DNA of 56,298 nt, filler included, from Squatina squatina (lineage: Eukaryota), in the NCBI GenBank assembly GCA_031763465.1. It is 4 parts of 4 records of this genome, joined end to end, with 100 filler letters (N's around TTAATTAATTAA, not from the genome) between each part and the next. Parts side by side here need not be neighbours in the genome. Positions count along the whole stretch, not along the records: positions 26,201 to 42,943 come from JARFOE010000192.1; 3 more parts are not named here. The stretch is one strand, 5' to 3'. Numbering within the stretch: the stretch's first letter is position 1; every line of letters starts with the position of its first letter. Below are positions 26,157 to 37,599 of the stretch, one piece after another. Under the pieces are notes generated by a model. That model did no database searches. It had not been told where the DNA came from and saw only the letters and a list, made by a program, of their open reading frames with translations. The position numbers and the translations under genes are program-made.

Positions 26157-26780
26157 NNNNNNNNNNNNNNNNNNNNNNNNNNNNNNNNNNNNNNNNNNNN
26201 CTACATTGAAGTTGCTCTGTAAATGCAACTCATTGTTGTTGTTATTATACATAGCCTTGACTATTCTTAGATATTAGAGCCCAATTCAGAATCATCAAGG
26301 ACTGTGAAGACACTCCTTTTACTCATCAAACATCTTTTTGGCATCTAGTAAAAGTTTCAACTGATGTCGACATGGTTAATATTGAATAGGCTCAGACATT
26401 TCTCTGCAGTCTGTCCCTCAAAACCTTTGACTCAGCCAGCCTCAAGAAAGATGTCCAATTTTATAGCCAACATCTACATCAGCATTTTAATATTAAGCAA
26501 TAAAAATGTGTGCCAGCTAACTTCCTAAAGGGTCCTCCTTTTTTATACTGAACAAAAGTTAGGAAGAAATTTTATATTAAAGGAGCTATATGTGGAGGTC
26601 AATGAGGCCAAAATGTAACCAGGTAACATCAACCACCAAGGCTTTCCACTCTGCATTCCAGATAACCCATCTAAGTGCAATATGGTGTTGCCTTTGAACT
26701 ATATGTACTGAAAGTTTCAACATTTTTAGGGCATATACACAGTATATGATTTGATGATTTGAGAATAAGTGCCGACTTAC

Positions 26781-26991
26781 CGAAGCTAAGCCCATTATTC
26801 TGGGAAATGTCAGTGATGAGGATCCATCTGGAGTCTGTCCAAAAGTCGTATAAGGAGTCTGAAACCATGCTTTCTCATTAGCCCACACCACATCGCAAAG
26901 AGGTAATATGGAAGCTCCAAGGCCAATTGCAGGGCCATTCACGGCTACTATGATTGGTTTCTTAAACTGAATAAACGTATTGACAAAACTC
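26781..26991 (-). CDS. CDYL: CDYL exon (211 nt), crotonase-like domain
   Basis: TTTTTAG|G acceptor, TCG|GTAAGT donor; SFVNTFIQFKKPIIVAVNGPAIGLGASILPLCDVVWANEKAWFQTPYTTFGQTPDG...FPRIMGLAS; phase matches the preceding exon. Confidence 0.95.
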
Positions 26992-28504
26992 CTAAAAACA
27001 AAAGAAACAAGCTTCAGTCTGTTGCGCTTTTAATGATTTGCACACATTTGCAATTATAAACCTACAGTTCAAATACCACTGGCACAAATGTAACGGTTAA
27101 CAGCATTTAACATAATATTATACAACACATGTCTCAGATCTGTGTATAATTATAACAAAACATTCAATTGTAGAGATAAACACCTTTAATGCCTTCTTGG
27201 TGACTTGTCTAATGGGACTGATCAATCCTGAGGTTAATCTTTTGTATAATTCTGTAATTCACACAAAGAATCTGGACTTTTACAAATCACAAATTTTCAT
27301 CAAAGAAAACTATTCCAAACAAAGCTATTAANNNNNNNNNNNNNNNNNNNNNNNNNNNNNNNNNNNNNNNNNNNNNNNNNNNNNNNNNNNNNNNNNNNNN
27401 NNNNNNNNNNNNNNNNNNNNNNNNNNNNNNNNNNNNNNNNNNNNNNNNNNNNNNNNNNNNNNNNNNNNNNNNNNNNNNNNNNNNNNNNNNNNNNNNNNNN
27501 NNNNNNNNNNNNNNNNNNNNNNNNNNNNNNNNNNNNNNNNNNNNNNNNNNNNNNNNNNNNNNNNNNNNNNNNNNNNNNNNNNNNNNNNNNNNNNNNNNNN
27601 NNNNNNNNNNNNNNNNNNNNNNNNNNNNNNNNNNNNNNNNNNNNNNNNNNNNNNNNNNNNNNNNNNNNNNNNNNNNNNNNNNNNNNNNNNNNNNNNNNNN
27701 NNNNNNNNNNNNNNNNNNNNNNNNNNNNNNNNNNNNNNNNNNNNNNNNNNNNNNNNNNNNNNNNNNNNNNNNNNNNNNNNNNNNNNNNNNNNNNNNNNNN
27801 NNNNNNNNNNNNNNNNNNNNNNNNNNNNNNNNNNNNNNNNNNNNNNNNNNNNNNNNNNNNNNNNNNNNNNNNNNNNNNNNNNNNNNNNNNNNNNNNNNNN
27901 NNNNNNNNNNNNNNNNNNNNNNNNNNNNNNNNNNNNNNNNNNNNNNNNNNNNNNNNNNNNNNNNNNNNNCGGTGTTTTCATTACAATGTGGAGCTAGACT
28001 GTAAGGGTTCAGCAAACTGGCCCTCAGACTGGACAGTGAGCTTGGCCTGAGGCAGACTGAGACAGGTGGCTGAGAGCTTGAACTATCACCTGCAGACTGT
28101 CCAAGTCTGAGCGGCCTGGAACAGCCAAACTGCCCAGTTTTGCTGTAACGTGTTTGTGTGCGAAGGTTTTCTGCACCTTCCTCTAGCTAAACCCTCATTT
28201 GTGTTGATGAAATATCAATGTTTTTCACTTTGTCAGAATCTTTTTACTATAACTGGTTGATTAAAAATGATCTTTTTCAGTTCCTATTTTTTGTTTCTGA
28301 ATAGAAAAGATTTAAAAAAGAGAAACTTGCATTTCTATAGTGCCTTTCACAACTTCAGGTTCAACCGTGACATTGTCATTAAGCCTGTTGTTCGTTGGTG
28401 AACAGACCTCTATGTAAAGGGGTAAAGGTTCATCAGCTGTGCAGGCAAATCAAGTGATAGAAATTGCCCAAATTGATTTTAGCAGTGACAAAGGTAATTT
28501 ACAG

Positions 28505-28770
28505 CTCGTCTGCACCCATCTTTTATTTCTGTACTTGTCTCATTGCCATCCCCCGTGGCCTCGCACCATCAGCCCTATTGTCATTTAATCTCTCCTGCCT
28601 CCTTCCCTTTTGTTTTTCCCCCTTTCCCTGCCCCTATACTTAAAAACATGTTAAATCTCTAACTTCTTCCAGTTCTCATGAAAGGCCATCGACCTGAAAA
28701 GTTAACTCTGTTTCTCTTTCCACAGATGTTGTTTGACGTGCTGAGCAGTTCCAGAATTTTCTGTTTTTAT
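28505..28770 (+). mobile_element. Penelope-type repeat with degenerate minimal hammerhead motif
   Basis: Pyrimidine-rich body, then AGTT-CTCATGA-AAGGCCATCGACCT-GAAAAGTT-AACT and CTGTTTCTCTTTCCACAGATG...CCAGAATTTTCTGTTTTTAT; reverse-complement relative of 56188-56298. Confidence 0.6.
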
Positions 28771-28786
28771 CCTAGAAGATGCATAC

Positions 28787-28959
28787 CTGATGGACTCAGT
28801 CATTTTAGTACTTTCCCTTTTTCGGTCATCTGTTAATCGGCGAATGAAATAAATAAAATCAAGACCACAACAAAAGACGCTTCCTACAGCACTCAGCAAA
28901 ACCAGTTTACTATCATCAGCTGCTGCAGTGTTCAGGGCACTTTGCATTTCCTTCATAAC
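28787..28959 (-). CDS. CDYL: CDYL exon (173 nt)
   Basis: TTTACAG|GTT acceptor, CAG|GTATGC donor; VMKEMQSALNTAAADDSKLVLLSAVGSVFCCGLDFIYFIRRLTDDRKRESTKMTESIR. Confidence 0.95.
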
Positions 28960-29267
28960 CTGTAAACAAAACAATTAAAAAAAAATAAAAAACCTTAACT
29001 GAATACAGCCATTGTAAAATTTTAATTCCAGAAACACTTGTATAGATTACATTTATTAAAAACTTCCTATTTATGCAGACTTGTAACATGCAATCTCAGA
29101 GCCAGTATCAAGTCAAGACTCATTTTCATCACCAAGGCAATACATTACTCAGCTTCAGATGCAGTATTCCTCAAACACAAGGGTCAGTAAATCAATGCAA
29201 AGAAAAAAATTCAAGGAAAACATTAAGATGTTTCCAAACAGAATTATGTCACAAATCGGCAGGTACA

Positions 29268-29467
29268 GCAGAGTAGAATGTTTCCACTTGTGTGGAAGAG
29301 TATAACTAGAGGCCATCAATATAAGATAGCCACCAAGAAATCCACTAGGGAATTCAGAAGAAACTTCAGTGCCCAAAGAGTGGTGAGAATGTGGAACTTG
29401 CGAACACAGGGAGTGGTTGAAGCAAATAGTATAGATGCATTTAAGGGGAGGCTAGACAAGCATATGA
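29268..29467 (+). mobile_element. CR1 LINE ORF2 C-terminal fragment
   Basis: MFPLV...TRGHQYKI...RRNFSAQRVVRMWN...VVEANSIDAFKGRLDKHM. Confidence 0.88.
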
Positions 29468-29716
29468 NNNNNNNNNNNNNNNNNNNNNNNNNNNNNNNNN
29501 NNNNNNNNNNNNNNNNNNNNNNNNNNNNNNNNNNNNNNNNNNNNNNNNNNNNNNNNNNNNNNNNNNNTTCATTACTTTGTAGCTCTATGGAGTGTTACCT
29601 CAAGCCTTTGAAATAATTGATAAACCACAAAGAGCTGCTGTAACAATTTTTCAATGGCCAATTATTCTGCTTTTATTAAAATGAATATACAATAATGCAA
29701 ACACATTCACACTTAC

Positions 29717-30383
29717 CTTTTCCATTAAATGATAATGCTGAAGCTGTGGCTCCTGTCACTGGCAGTTGCATCTGGGGTGATAATGGTTGTGTCCTTGGCC
29801 TGGTTCCCATTCTGGCTCTCTCTGTTCCAGGGACAAGCAAAGCCCCATACGGCTTTTCAATAGTCAGGTCTGGTGCTACAGAGTCTGGATTCTGTGCCAT
29901 TTGCTCTAATCTATCTGATGAGGTATCCTGAAAACCATCAACAACTATCCTATTCTTTAGAGGGCTTCTGGGAACTAGGATTTTGATGCCAGATTTAGTA
30001 AGGTCCATCGTCTTCCTACTGGAGAAAGTCTGTGAGCTGGCTTTTCGATATTTCTGGTGACTTGACAAGAACTGGCTGGAGTTTTTTGAGTCACAGTCTT
30101 TACCAACTCCTGGTGATCTGGGAGAAGACTTTGACAGAGAACTGTTGGTCGACCTGGAAATCTGTTTTCGAGCATTGTTTAGAGAGTGTTTGTTTGCTCT
30201 GGAAAAAGGTCCATCTTTCTGTTTATCACTGTGCTGCCTGTTAAACTCCAGAATATACTCCTCACAGTTCACCAGATGATGTTCTGGTTCCCATGTGTCA
30301 TCATCACTGTCATAACCTTTCCACCGGACCAAGTACTCTGTTCGCCCCTTTTTATTTTTCCTCTTGGCCACAATTCTCTCTAC
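29717..30383 (-). CDS. CDYL: CDYL chromodomain plus hinge exon (667 nt)
   Basis: TTTAATAG|GTA acceptor, AAAG|GTAAGT donor; VERIVAKRKNKKGRTEYLVRWKGYDSDDDTWEPEHHLVNCEEYI...NNARKQISRS...MDLTKSGIKILVP. ARKQ motif and ECI2 adjacency indicate CDYL rather than CDYL2. Confidence 0.96.
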
Positions 30384-30776
30384 CTATTAAATCAGGAAAC
30401 AAAGGAATCAGTGACACAGAACTTGCTGTGGGTTAGGCGCTAAATAATGAGGGTTAACTCTCCTTTGCTGGTCTTAAAGGAACTATTCTGGTAAATGACC
30501 AGGTCTAGAATTGTGCTCAACCTTTATTTAATATTTCCACAAAATATATTAGGATTATAGTCTGGTGAGGAAAAGTATTATTAGATCTGATGCAGTAACT
30601 TTACATAAAAACATGCATGGGAAATACAGCAGCTTACAGTTGCACAGTAGCTGTAGTACGATTGAGAATATATTGTGCAATAAGTAAAAATACAAAGAAT
30701 TTTAGCAGCAGGAAAAGATCATGAGGCTCGAAAAGCTCATCCCCTTTTTGATTGGTTCATACTTACCCACCTTACA

Positions 30777-31255
30777 TAGGAAAATAGAAATGTACAGACC
30801 CAGCAAAGACCACTCTATTCCACTTGGTCGCCCCCACTCTTCTTACCATACCCTCAGCCCAAAAAGTTAGCTAGTTGTTTCTTGAACATGGTTATATTAT
30901 TTGTGACAACGGCCGTCCCAATAACTTTTCCACCAAATTTAATTTCTTACTGCCTAATTTTCAACTTGCCCCCTGGTATTTGAACCCCGGGCCAAAGTGA
31001 TATATGGTATTTATCCCCTTTGCATGGACCACCTCTGCTATTCGCTTCCATAGTTTTCAAAATGTTAATTAGAGCCCTTGAAATTTCCTCTCTTCTAAAA
31101 AGGACGAAACCCAACATTCTTAATCTTTCCTCATTATCCAGATTATTCTTCATTACTGCTTATAAGGACAATGTCCTCCCAATGATTCGGTGATTGTAAA
31201 CAAAAATAGCATGGCCCTTTTGATTTATACTCTATTTCTCTGCAAATGCAACCCA
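30777..31255 (-). mobile_element. Decayed CR1-like LINE 3' part
   Basis: NLDNEERLRMLGFVLFRRE resembles the CR1 'SYEERLRELGLFSLEKRR' segment; tail ATAGGAAAATAGAAATGTACAG. Confidence 0.55.
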
Positions 31256-31406
31256 GTTAAAACAAAAATAGAGAATGCTGGAAACAATTAGCAGATCAGA
31301 TAGACTTGTTCCAGATTTCCAGTATCAGACTTTTATTTTTGCTTCCAGTAATTTACCTGCCTTTTTCCCAAATTGGTCTTCATAGACTTATCCACAGTAA
31401 CTTCTA

Positions 31407-31503
31407 GATACAAAAAGCAAAATACTGCGGATGCTGGAATCCAAAATAAAAACAGAAAAAGCTGGAAAAACTCAGCCGGTTGGTGGGCAGCATCTGTTGA
31501 GAT
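31407..31503 (-). mobile_element. Penelope-type repeat end
   Basis: ATACAAAAAGCAAAATACTGCGGATGCTGGAATCCAAAATAAAAACAGAAAAAGCTGG, near-identical to 56188-56250. Confidence 0.65.
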
Positions 31504-31935
31504 NNNNNNNNNNNNNNNNNNNNNNNNNNNNNNNNNNNNNNNNNNNNNNNNNNNNNNNNNNNNNNNNNNNNNNNNNNNNNNNNNNNNNNNNNNNNNNNNN
31601 NNNGAGTAACTAAAAATCAATGAAATAAATTTAAATACTGATCTTAGCCTGAATGATGGTCTGTCAGTGTAAACAGGAGTGCAGGGTGGATTGCTTGTGC
31701 AATTTCCAATGTGAAATATTTTGATTAGAAAGGTAATTGCTACTGCCATTCATGGCATACATAAGAGTATAAATTTTGGGTATTGAGCAATGTGGGTCTG
31801 CCAATAGAAATTGCACTTTGCAGTGAACACTAGGGTTAGGAGAGTGTCAATCATCAGATGTCATAAGGCTCAATTGCTGTTGAATTCTTTTTATTAAAAT
31901 GCCTTTTTTATGTTATATTTATATTCATATTCTTT

Positions 31936-32225
31936 TGAAGTGGGTGATGCTGGCTAGGCTGAATTTATTCCCAATCCACCATTTATATAAATGAGTGGCT
32001 TGCTGGGCCATTTTAGAGGATATAGTCATTCGCTTAATGTGAGACTGACCTTAGGGCTGACTAGGTAGGGCTGACAAGTTCTCATCTCTAAAAGACATTA
32101 TTAAACTAGTTAGGCTTTTACAAAGGCAATTTTCATGCTCATTTTTTCCCCCACTGCTTTCATGGTCATTTCTTTCCAGTGCTAGCTCACAAATTGCCTG
32201 TTGAAATGTTCAGTGTTACCAATAA
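31936..32225 (-). mobile_element. Decayed SINE-like repeat (family also at 33964-34270 and 47280-47389)
   Basis: Shared motifs GCTGG..AGGC...ATTTATTGCCCATCC, GAGTGGCTTGCTGGGCCATTT.AGAGG, TTCATGGTCAT. Confidence 0.5.
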
Positions 32226-32417
32226 TAACCTGAAATTCAAGTCTGTCGACCCAATACTAAATAAACATTGATTTGAGGTACTGTTGCTGATGTCGTTTAT
32301 CAGCACTCATGCTCAGAGGGCTGACTACATTGAAACCCTTTTTAAAATTGATGCTGTTCAACTATCCATTCTAATTTTTAAAAACTCAATTTCGGTTTGA
32401 TGTGTTTAATTTTGCAG

Positions 32418-32574
32418 ATTGGTCCGAAGTTTACCAGCAGTTAAACTGCATATAACTGGAGCTGCCATGGTTGCAACAGAAGCTGAATTTAATAAAGCAA
32501 AGGATGAGTTGAAGACTTTGAAGAACGACCCTGGAAATGAAATAAAATTGCAGATATATGCATTGTTTAAACAG
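32418..32574 (+). CDS. ECI2: ECI2 exon (157 nt): end of presequence and start of acyl-CoA-binding domain
   Basis: TTTGCAG|A acceptor, AAACAG|GTAATA donor; MVATEAEFNKAKDELKTLKNDPGNEIKLQIYALFKQ is an ACBP-domain sequence. Confidence 0.92.
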
Positions 32575-32689
32575 GTAATACATTTAAAATTGGAAAATAC
32601 AAGTAATGGTCAGGGGAAGAACCCATTGTTTGAGAAAGCTCACCAATTTCAATTGAAGTTAGATGAATGGCTTTCGCACCAACCATCTG

Positions 32690-33114
32690 AATACACCTTT
32701 TTTATATAATTTCCACCTCCGCCCTTGCCTCAGCTTATCCACTGCTGAAGCCCTCATCCATGCCTTTGTTGCCTCTAGACTTAACTATTCCAATGCACTC
32801 CTGGCTGGCCTCCCACTTTCTACCCTACGTAAACTAGAGGTGATCCAAAACTCTGCTACCTGTGTCCTAACTCGCACTAAGTCCCACTCACCCGTCACCC
32901 CTGTGCTCGCTGACCTACGTTGGTTCCCTGTTAAGCAACACTTCAATTTCAAAATTCTCATCCTTGTTTTCAAATCCCTCAATGTCTTTGCCCCTCCCTA
33001 TCACTGTAATCTCCTCCCCACAATCCCCCCAAGTTGTCTGCGCTCCTCCAATTCTGCCGTCTTGAGCATTCCTGATTATAATCGCTCAACCATTGGTGGC
33101 CGTGCCTTCTGTTG
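32690..33114 (+). mobile_element. L2 LINE ORF2 C-terminal fragment
   Basis: LRPCLS...AEALIHAFVASRLNYSNALLAGLP...LEVIQNSA...TPVLADLRWFPV...FKILILVFKSL. Confidence 0.9.
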
Positions 33115-33241
33115 NNNNNNNNNNNNNNNNNNNNNNNNNNNNNNNNNNNNNNNNNNNNNNNNNNNNNNNNNNNNNNNNNNNNNNNNNNNNNNNNNNNNNN
33201 NNNNNNNNNNNNNNTGATGTGGTTTAATTCCCCTCCAACAG

Positions 33242-33362
33242 GAGATATGTAAGCCATTACATTGATTTTCCAAAGCCACTGATTGCTGTAATTAATGGTC
33301 CTGCTGTTGGGGTTGCTGTCACTATTTTAGGATTATTTGATGTAGTCTACGCCACTGATAAA
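33242..33362 (+). CDS. ECI2: ECI2 exon (121 nt), enoyl-CoA isomerase domain
   Basis: CCAACAG|G acceptor, AAA|GTGAGT donor; [40 protein letters not shown]. Confidence 0.95.
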
Positions 33363-33522
33363 GTGAGTCTTCTCATGTGTTCTCATCTGGTTGGTCATTT
33401 TTATATTTGATAAAATATCTGCTGTTTTGCTGCAGCAAATTGTTTTAGATAATAAATAGCCTTTATGTTGGAGAAGAATGCTAATGTGTTGAGTCTGTGT
33501 TGTTTTTTCCCCCCCAATGCAG

Positions 33523-33612
33523 GCCACATTCCACACACCATTTAGTGCACTTGGTCAAAGTCCAGAAGGCTGCTCATCTTACACCTTCCCGAAGATGATG
33601 GGTACTGCCAAG
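33523..33612 (+). CDS. ECI2: ECI2 exon (90 nt) with catalytic Glu
   Basis: ATGCAG|GCC acceptor, AAG|GTATGG donor; [30 protein letters not shown]. Confidence 0.95.
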
Positions 33613-33963
33613 GTATGGGTAGCAAGTTTCACCCACTGAAATTTCTTAACAAATCATACCGAGCAAACATATTGATAAACTTTGCAGTATTTAGCCTAAT
33701 AGTTAATACGTTTACTGATGCAAAATGATATTTAGGTTTGGAAAAAATAAACCCCCAGAAATGCATACATCTACACACTGCTCATTTAATTAGTGCATTT
33801 TCACAAGGCATTTGATTAATTTTCTATGAAATTGATCTAGGAGGAAGTAGTCAGCATTGAAGTTACATCCAACTTTTTATGAACATTAGCAAGTGGAGGA
33901 AAATGTGCCCCAAAATAATAGCAATTAAAACACAGGTTTGCACAACTTTTATTATTTATTTTC

Positions 33964-34270
33964 AGGGTGCATTTACTGCCTACCCATACTTTCCCTGAGG
34001 CTTACTTGAAGTAATTGTGCTACAACTGTATGCTTTGCTAGGCCACTTCAGAGAGAGCTGCATAGTGTGAGACTGTAGACCAAAGTGGGAAGGGGTGGCA
34101 GGATTCCTTCCCTGAAAAAGATTAGTCAGTCACTTGGGTTCTTTCTCAGTCTGGCAGCTTTCATGGCCATTCTTTTTGATTTACTGAATTCAGTTTCATA
34201 ATTTGCCATGGTGAAATTTGAATCTGTGACCTTTGTGTTGCAAGTCTAGTACCATAACCACTGCACTATT
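33964..34270 (-). mobile_element. Decayed tRNA-derived SINE-like repeat
   Basis: Shares blocks with 31936-32225; plus-strand ATTTGAATC...CATAACCACTGCACTA is a reverse B/A-box-like head. Confidence 0.5.
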
Positions 34271-35205
34271 GTATCATTGTATATGAACACAATCTGAAAG
34301 GAATAGCTCAGAACTTTTGACACGTTCAGTGATTGTAGAGCTCTGAACACTAAACCTTCTGCTTTTTATTTGCAAGCAACTAGTTGGCCTACTGGTCTGA
34401 TTCTCACTTAGGGTTTCCGGTTTTCACACTTGAAGTTAACAACATTTCTGCAGTTTCAGCAAGTGCGCAGAATTGCTTAAGCATATTAACTTGAGACGTA
34501 GAAGTTAACTACNNNNNNNNNNNNNNNNNNNNNNNNNNNNNNNNNNNNNNNNNNNNNNNNNNNNNNNNNNNNNNNNNNNNNNNNNNNNNNNNNNNNNNNN
34601 NNNNNNNNNNNNGTGCAGGCTCGAAGGGCCGAATGGCCTACTCCTGCACCTATTTTTCTATGTTTCTATAACTCTGGAGATTAGGATTGTTTAATAACCA
34701 TTCAGCAATAAATAGATTTCTTTGTGTAAACATATTGATGGAAACCTTTATAGGGATTATTACTTAGCTGTCCAGTAACTACTTTATTTCAAAGATAGCC
34801 ATCCAAGGATTCAAAACACTGTTTAGCTTTACATTCTTTGTCAAATTGAAGTAAATTATGGCTGACTATGCCAATGAGCCAATCTATATGGTGAATAATG
34901 TAATCATTCTGTACCCCTTCTATGTGTTATAGGCAGTATCTGGTGTCATTTTATGCTTTGAATATAAATTGCAACATCCACATTGTTTACTTCAAACTTT
35001 TATATATTTTTGCTGCCTTTACTCATCATTTCGATGTTTTTTTGTTGCAAGATAATATTTTGATCATTGTAATTTAAAAAAAAATAAAAGGTGTAGACCA
35101 ACTTGGATGAAATGATGCTGATTTTAATTGATGTCTGACCTAATAGAACATGACTGACTCATTTTTAAGGATTTAATATTGTTATCAATGTTACTTTCAT
35201 TTCAG

Positions 35206-35361
35206 TCTCTGACCTTTTCAAAGCAGCTAATAAGAGGTGTTGAAAAGGAAAGGCTGCATGCTGTCAATGCCCAAGAATGTGACCAACTGGTGGAGAGATG
35301 GCTATCTGAAGAATGTATGAATGCCATAATGGGCTTTTTTGAAAATAAGTCAAAGTTATGA
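35206..35361 (+). CDS. ECI2: ECI2 terminal exon ending in peroxisomal signal SKL
   Basis: TTTCAG|TCT acceptor; [51 protein letters not shown]. Confidence 0.95.
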   Translation, partial: SLTFSKQLIRGVEKERLHAVNAQECDQLVERWLSEECMNAIMGFFENKSKL

Positions 35362-35701
35362 TTTTGTTTCTCCATTATTCAGTAATTGACACCCAGAAAT
35401 CTAAATGCTAGTTATGATTACATATAACATCATTATGCTATGTTTTGGATCAGATTACAATTTTCATTGTCAATACTACATTGCAATGTAATCATTAAAC
35501 GGTCAGCCAAGCTGTTGTGTGGTTTTCTTGTGCTAATTAGCCATAAATGTATATCTTTGAACATTAGTTTTATGTGTGATTACTATGTTTGAAAATTATG
35601 GATGGGGTTGGGGGCGGGGGAGGGGGAAGAGCTGAAATCAGAAACACTGTCCGAATGTGTGAAAGTAAAACCGATTGTAATGCTAAGTTGCTCTTGTCCG
35701 T

Positions 35702-35939
35702 TTAAAATCTGTAATTTTGCATCATAAATGGATAATACCAATAACAATAAAAAAGTTTTTCTGGAAGTGTGATTGAATGAGTATTAACTGCTTTGCATGC
35801 TGACAGTATATCATTGAACACAACTTGTGCGCTATGACTTCCAGAAAAGATCACTGAATCAATGGGCCCACATCTGCACAGCTCTTGGAGGATGAACCAT
35901 CTGTATAGTGTCTCAGGCATTTCTTTTATTACTGACCAC
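35702..35939 (-). CDS. TEX56: TEX56/C6orf201 (DUF4523, RRM-like) terminal coding exon
   Basis: TTTTCTCTTCAAG|G acceptor; CGPIDSVIFSGSHSAQVVFNDILSACKAV...FYCYW..PFM matches recalled C6orf201 [29 protein letters not shown]...FQCSWQQRFM; convergent with ECI2 as in mammals. Confidence 0.82.
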
Positions 35940-36055
35940 CTTGAAGAGAAAATATNNNNNNNNNNNNNNNNNNNNNNNNNNNNNNNNNNNNNNNNNNNNN
36001 NNNNNNNNNNNNNNNNNNNNNNNNNNNNNNNNNNNNNNNNNNNNNNNNNNNNNNN

Positions 36056-36758
36056 CCACCCTATCGGGCAATGCATTCCAAATCCTACCCACCCATTGCT
36101 TATTTTCTTGCCTTATGTTGCCTCTGGTTCTTTTGGCAATCACCCTAATTCTGCTTTCTGGTTATTGACCCTTCAGCCATTGGAAACAGTTTCTCTTTAT
36201 TGACTGTATCAAAACAGTTCCTAATGAACACCTCTATCAAATCTCCTCTTAGCCTTCTCTGCTCTAAGGAGAACAACCCCAGCTTCTCCAGTCTATCCAA
36301 ATAACTGTAATCCCTCATCTCTGTAACCATTCTAGTAAATCTCTTCTGTACTCTCCAAAGCCTTCACGTCCTTCCTAAAGTGTGGTGCCCAGCATTGGAC
36401 ACAATACTCCAGCTAGGGCTGAACCATGGTTTAGCTTAACTTCTGGCTTTTGTACTCCATGTCTCTCTTTATAAAGCCCACGATCCCATATGCTTCATTA
36501 ACTGCTTTATTAACCTGGCCTGCCACCTTCAAAGATTTATGTACAAACACCCCCAGGTCGCTCTGTTCTTGCACCCCCTTTAAAACTGTACCATTTAGAA
36601 TGTATTGTCTCACCTCCATTCTTCCTACCAAAATGTATTGCCTCACACTTCTCTGCGTCGTACTTTATCTGCCATGTGTCCACCCATTCACCAACCTATC
36701 TATGTCCCCTTATTACTGTCTTCATCAGTGTTTATTACACTTCCAAGTTTTGTATCAT
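36056..36758 (-). mobile_element. CR1 LINE ORF2 3' fragment
   Basis: YILNGTVLKGVQEQSDLGVFVHKSLKV...EYKS and SYLDRLEKLGLFSLEQRRLRGDLIEVF. Confidence 0.92.
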
Positions 36759-36969
36759 AGAATAGAATTATAGAAATCTACAACGCAGAAGGAGGCCATT
36801 TGGCCCATCGTGCCTGTGTCGGCCGAAAAAGAGCTATCCAGCCTAATCTAACAGTCCAGCTCTTGGTCTGTAGCCTTGTAGGTTACGGCACTTCAATTAC
36901 ATATCCAAGTACTTTTTAAATGCGATGAGGTTTCTACCTCTATCACCCTTTCAATTCCCCTCCAATCCT
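36759..36969 (-). mobile_element. Second CR1 3' end, nested in or abutting the previous copy
   Basis: ATAGA-repeat tail, then sequence matching 12577-12725. Confidence 0.75.
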
Positions 36970-37599
36970 NNNNNNNNNNNNNNNNNNNNNNNNNNNNNNN
37001 NNNNNNNNNNNNNNNNNNNNNNNNNNNNNNNNNNNNNNNNNNNNNNNNNNNNNNNNNNNNNNNNNNNNNCTACATGGCAAACCCACCTACCCCGTTAAAT
37101 AGCACCAGAAATCACAAGATGGAGTGTGTCACCGCCCGAAAAACTGGGCGCGGGCACCACTATTATTTAAGGTTCGCTGCGCTAGCCAATTGTATGTGGG
37201 GTGGACATTTTGGGCGCTGCGCCTCTTGATGATGTCATGGATGCCATCCAACACCCGAATCCAAGTTTCCAGCGCTCCTGTGCAATAGCCCATTTGGCGC
37301 TGGCACTGCTCCAATGCAAGTTCTGCATCGGAGTACCTTAGCGCCAGAAACTGGTGTTACACCCCTAGCACCTGTTTAGTGTTTATTCTGCGCCTGCGCT
37401 AACTAACCAATTGGCTCCCCCCCGAACGTTCTAAATGTTCTTCTGAGTGAATGAGACTCCACACTTTTAAAATTTGTTTTTTCAGGGTCAGAGAATCTGT
37501 TCAGCAGTAATTATGACTTAGTGCATCACTAAAAACTCAGTTACTCCTGATTGATCAAGAGTTAACTATGTGCACTGTTGTGCAGGCTCATTTTTAATA

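Noticed and set aside
26586-26780. ORF extensions past the exon donors (also 28702-28786 and 32575-32709)
   Set aside because: Read-through into introns beyond canonical GT donors.
29468-29567. Loss of CDYL and ECI2 exons as real gene degeneration
   Set aside because: Each missing exon coincides with an assembly gap, and the visible exons are intact.
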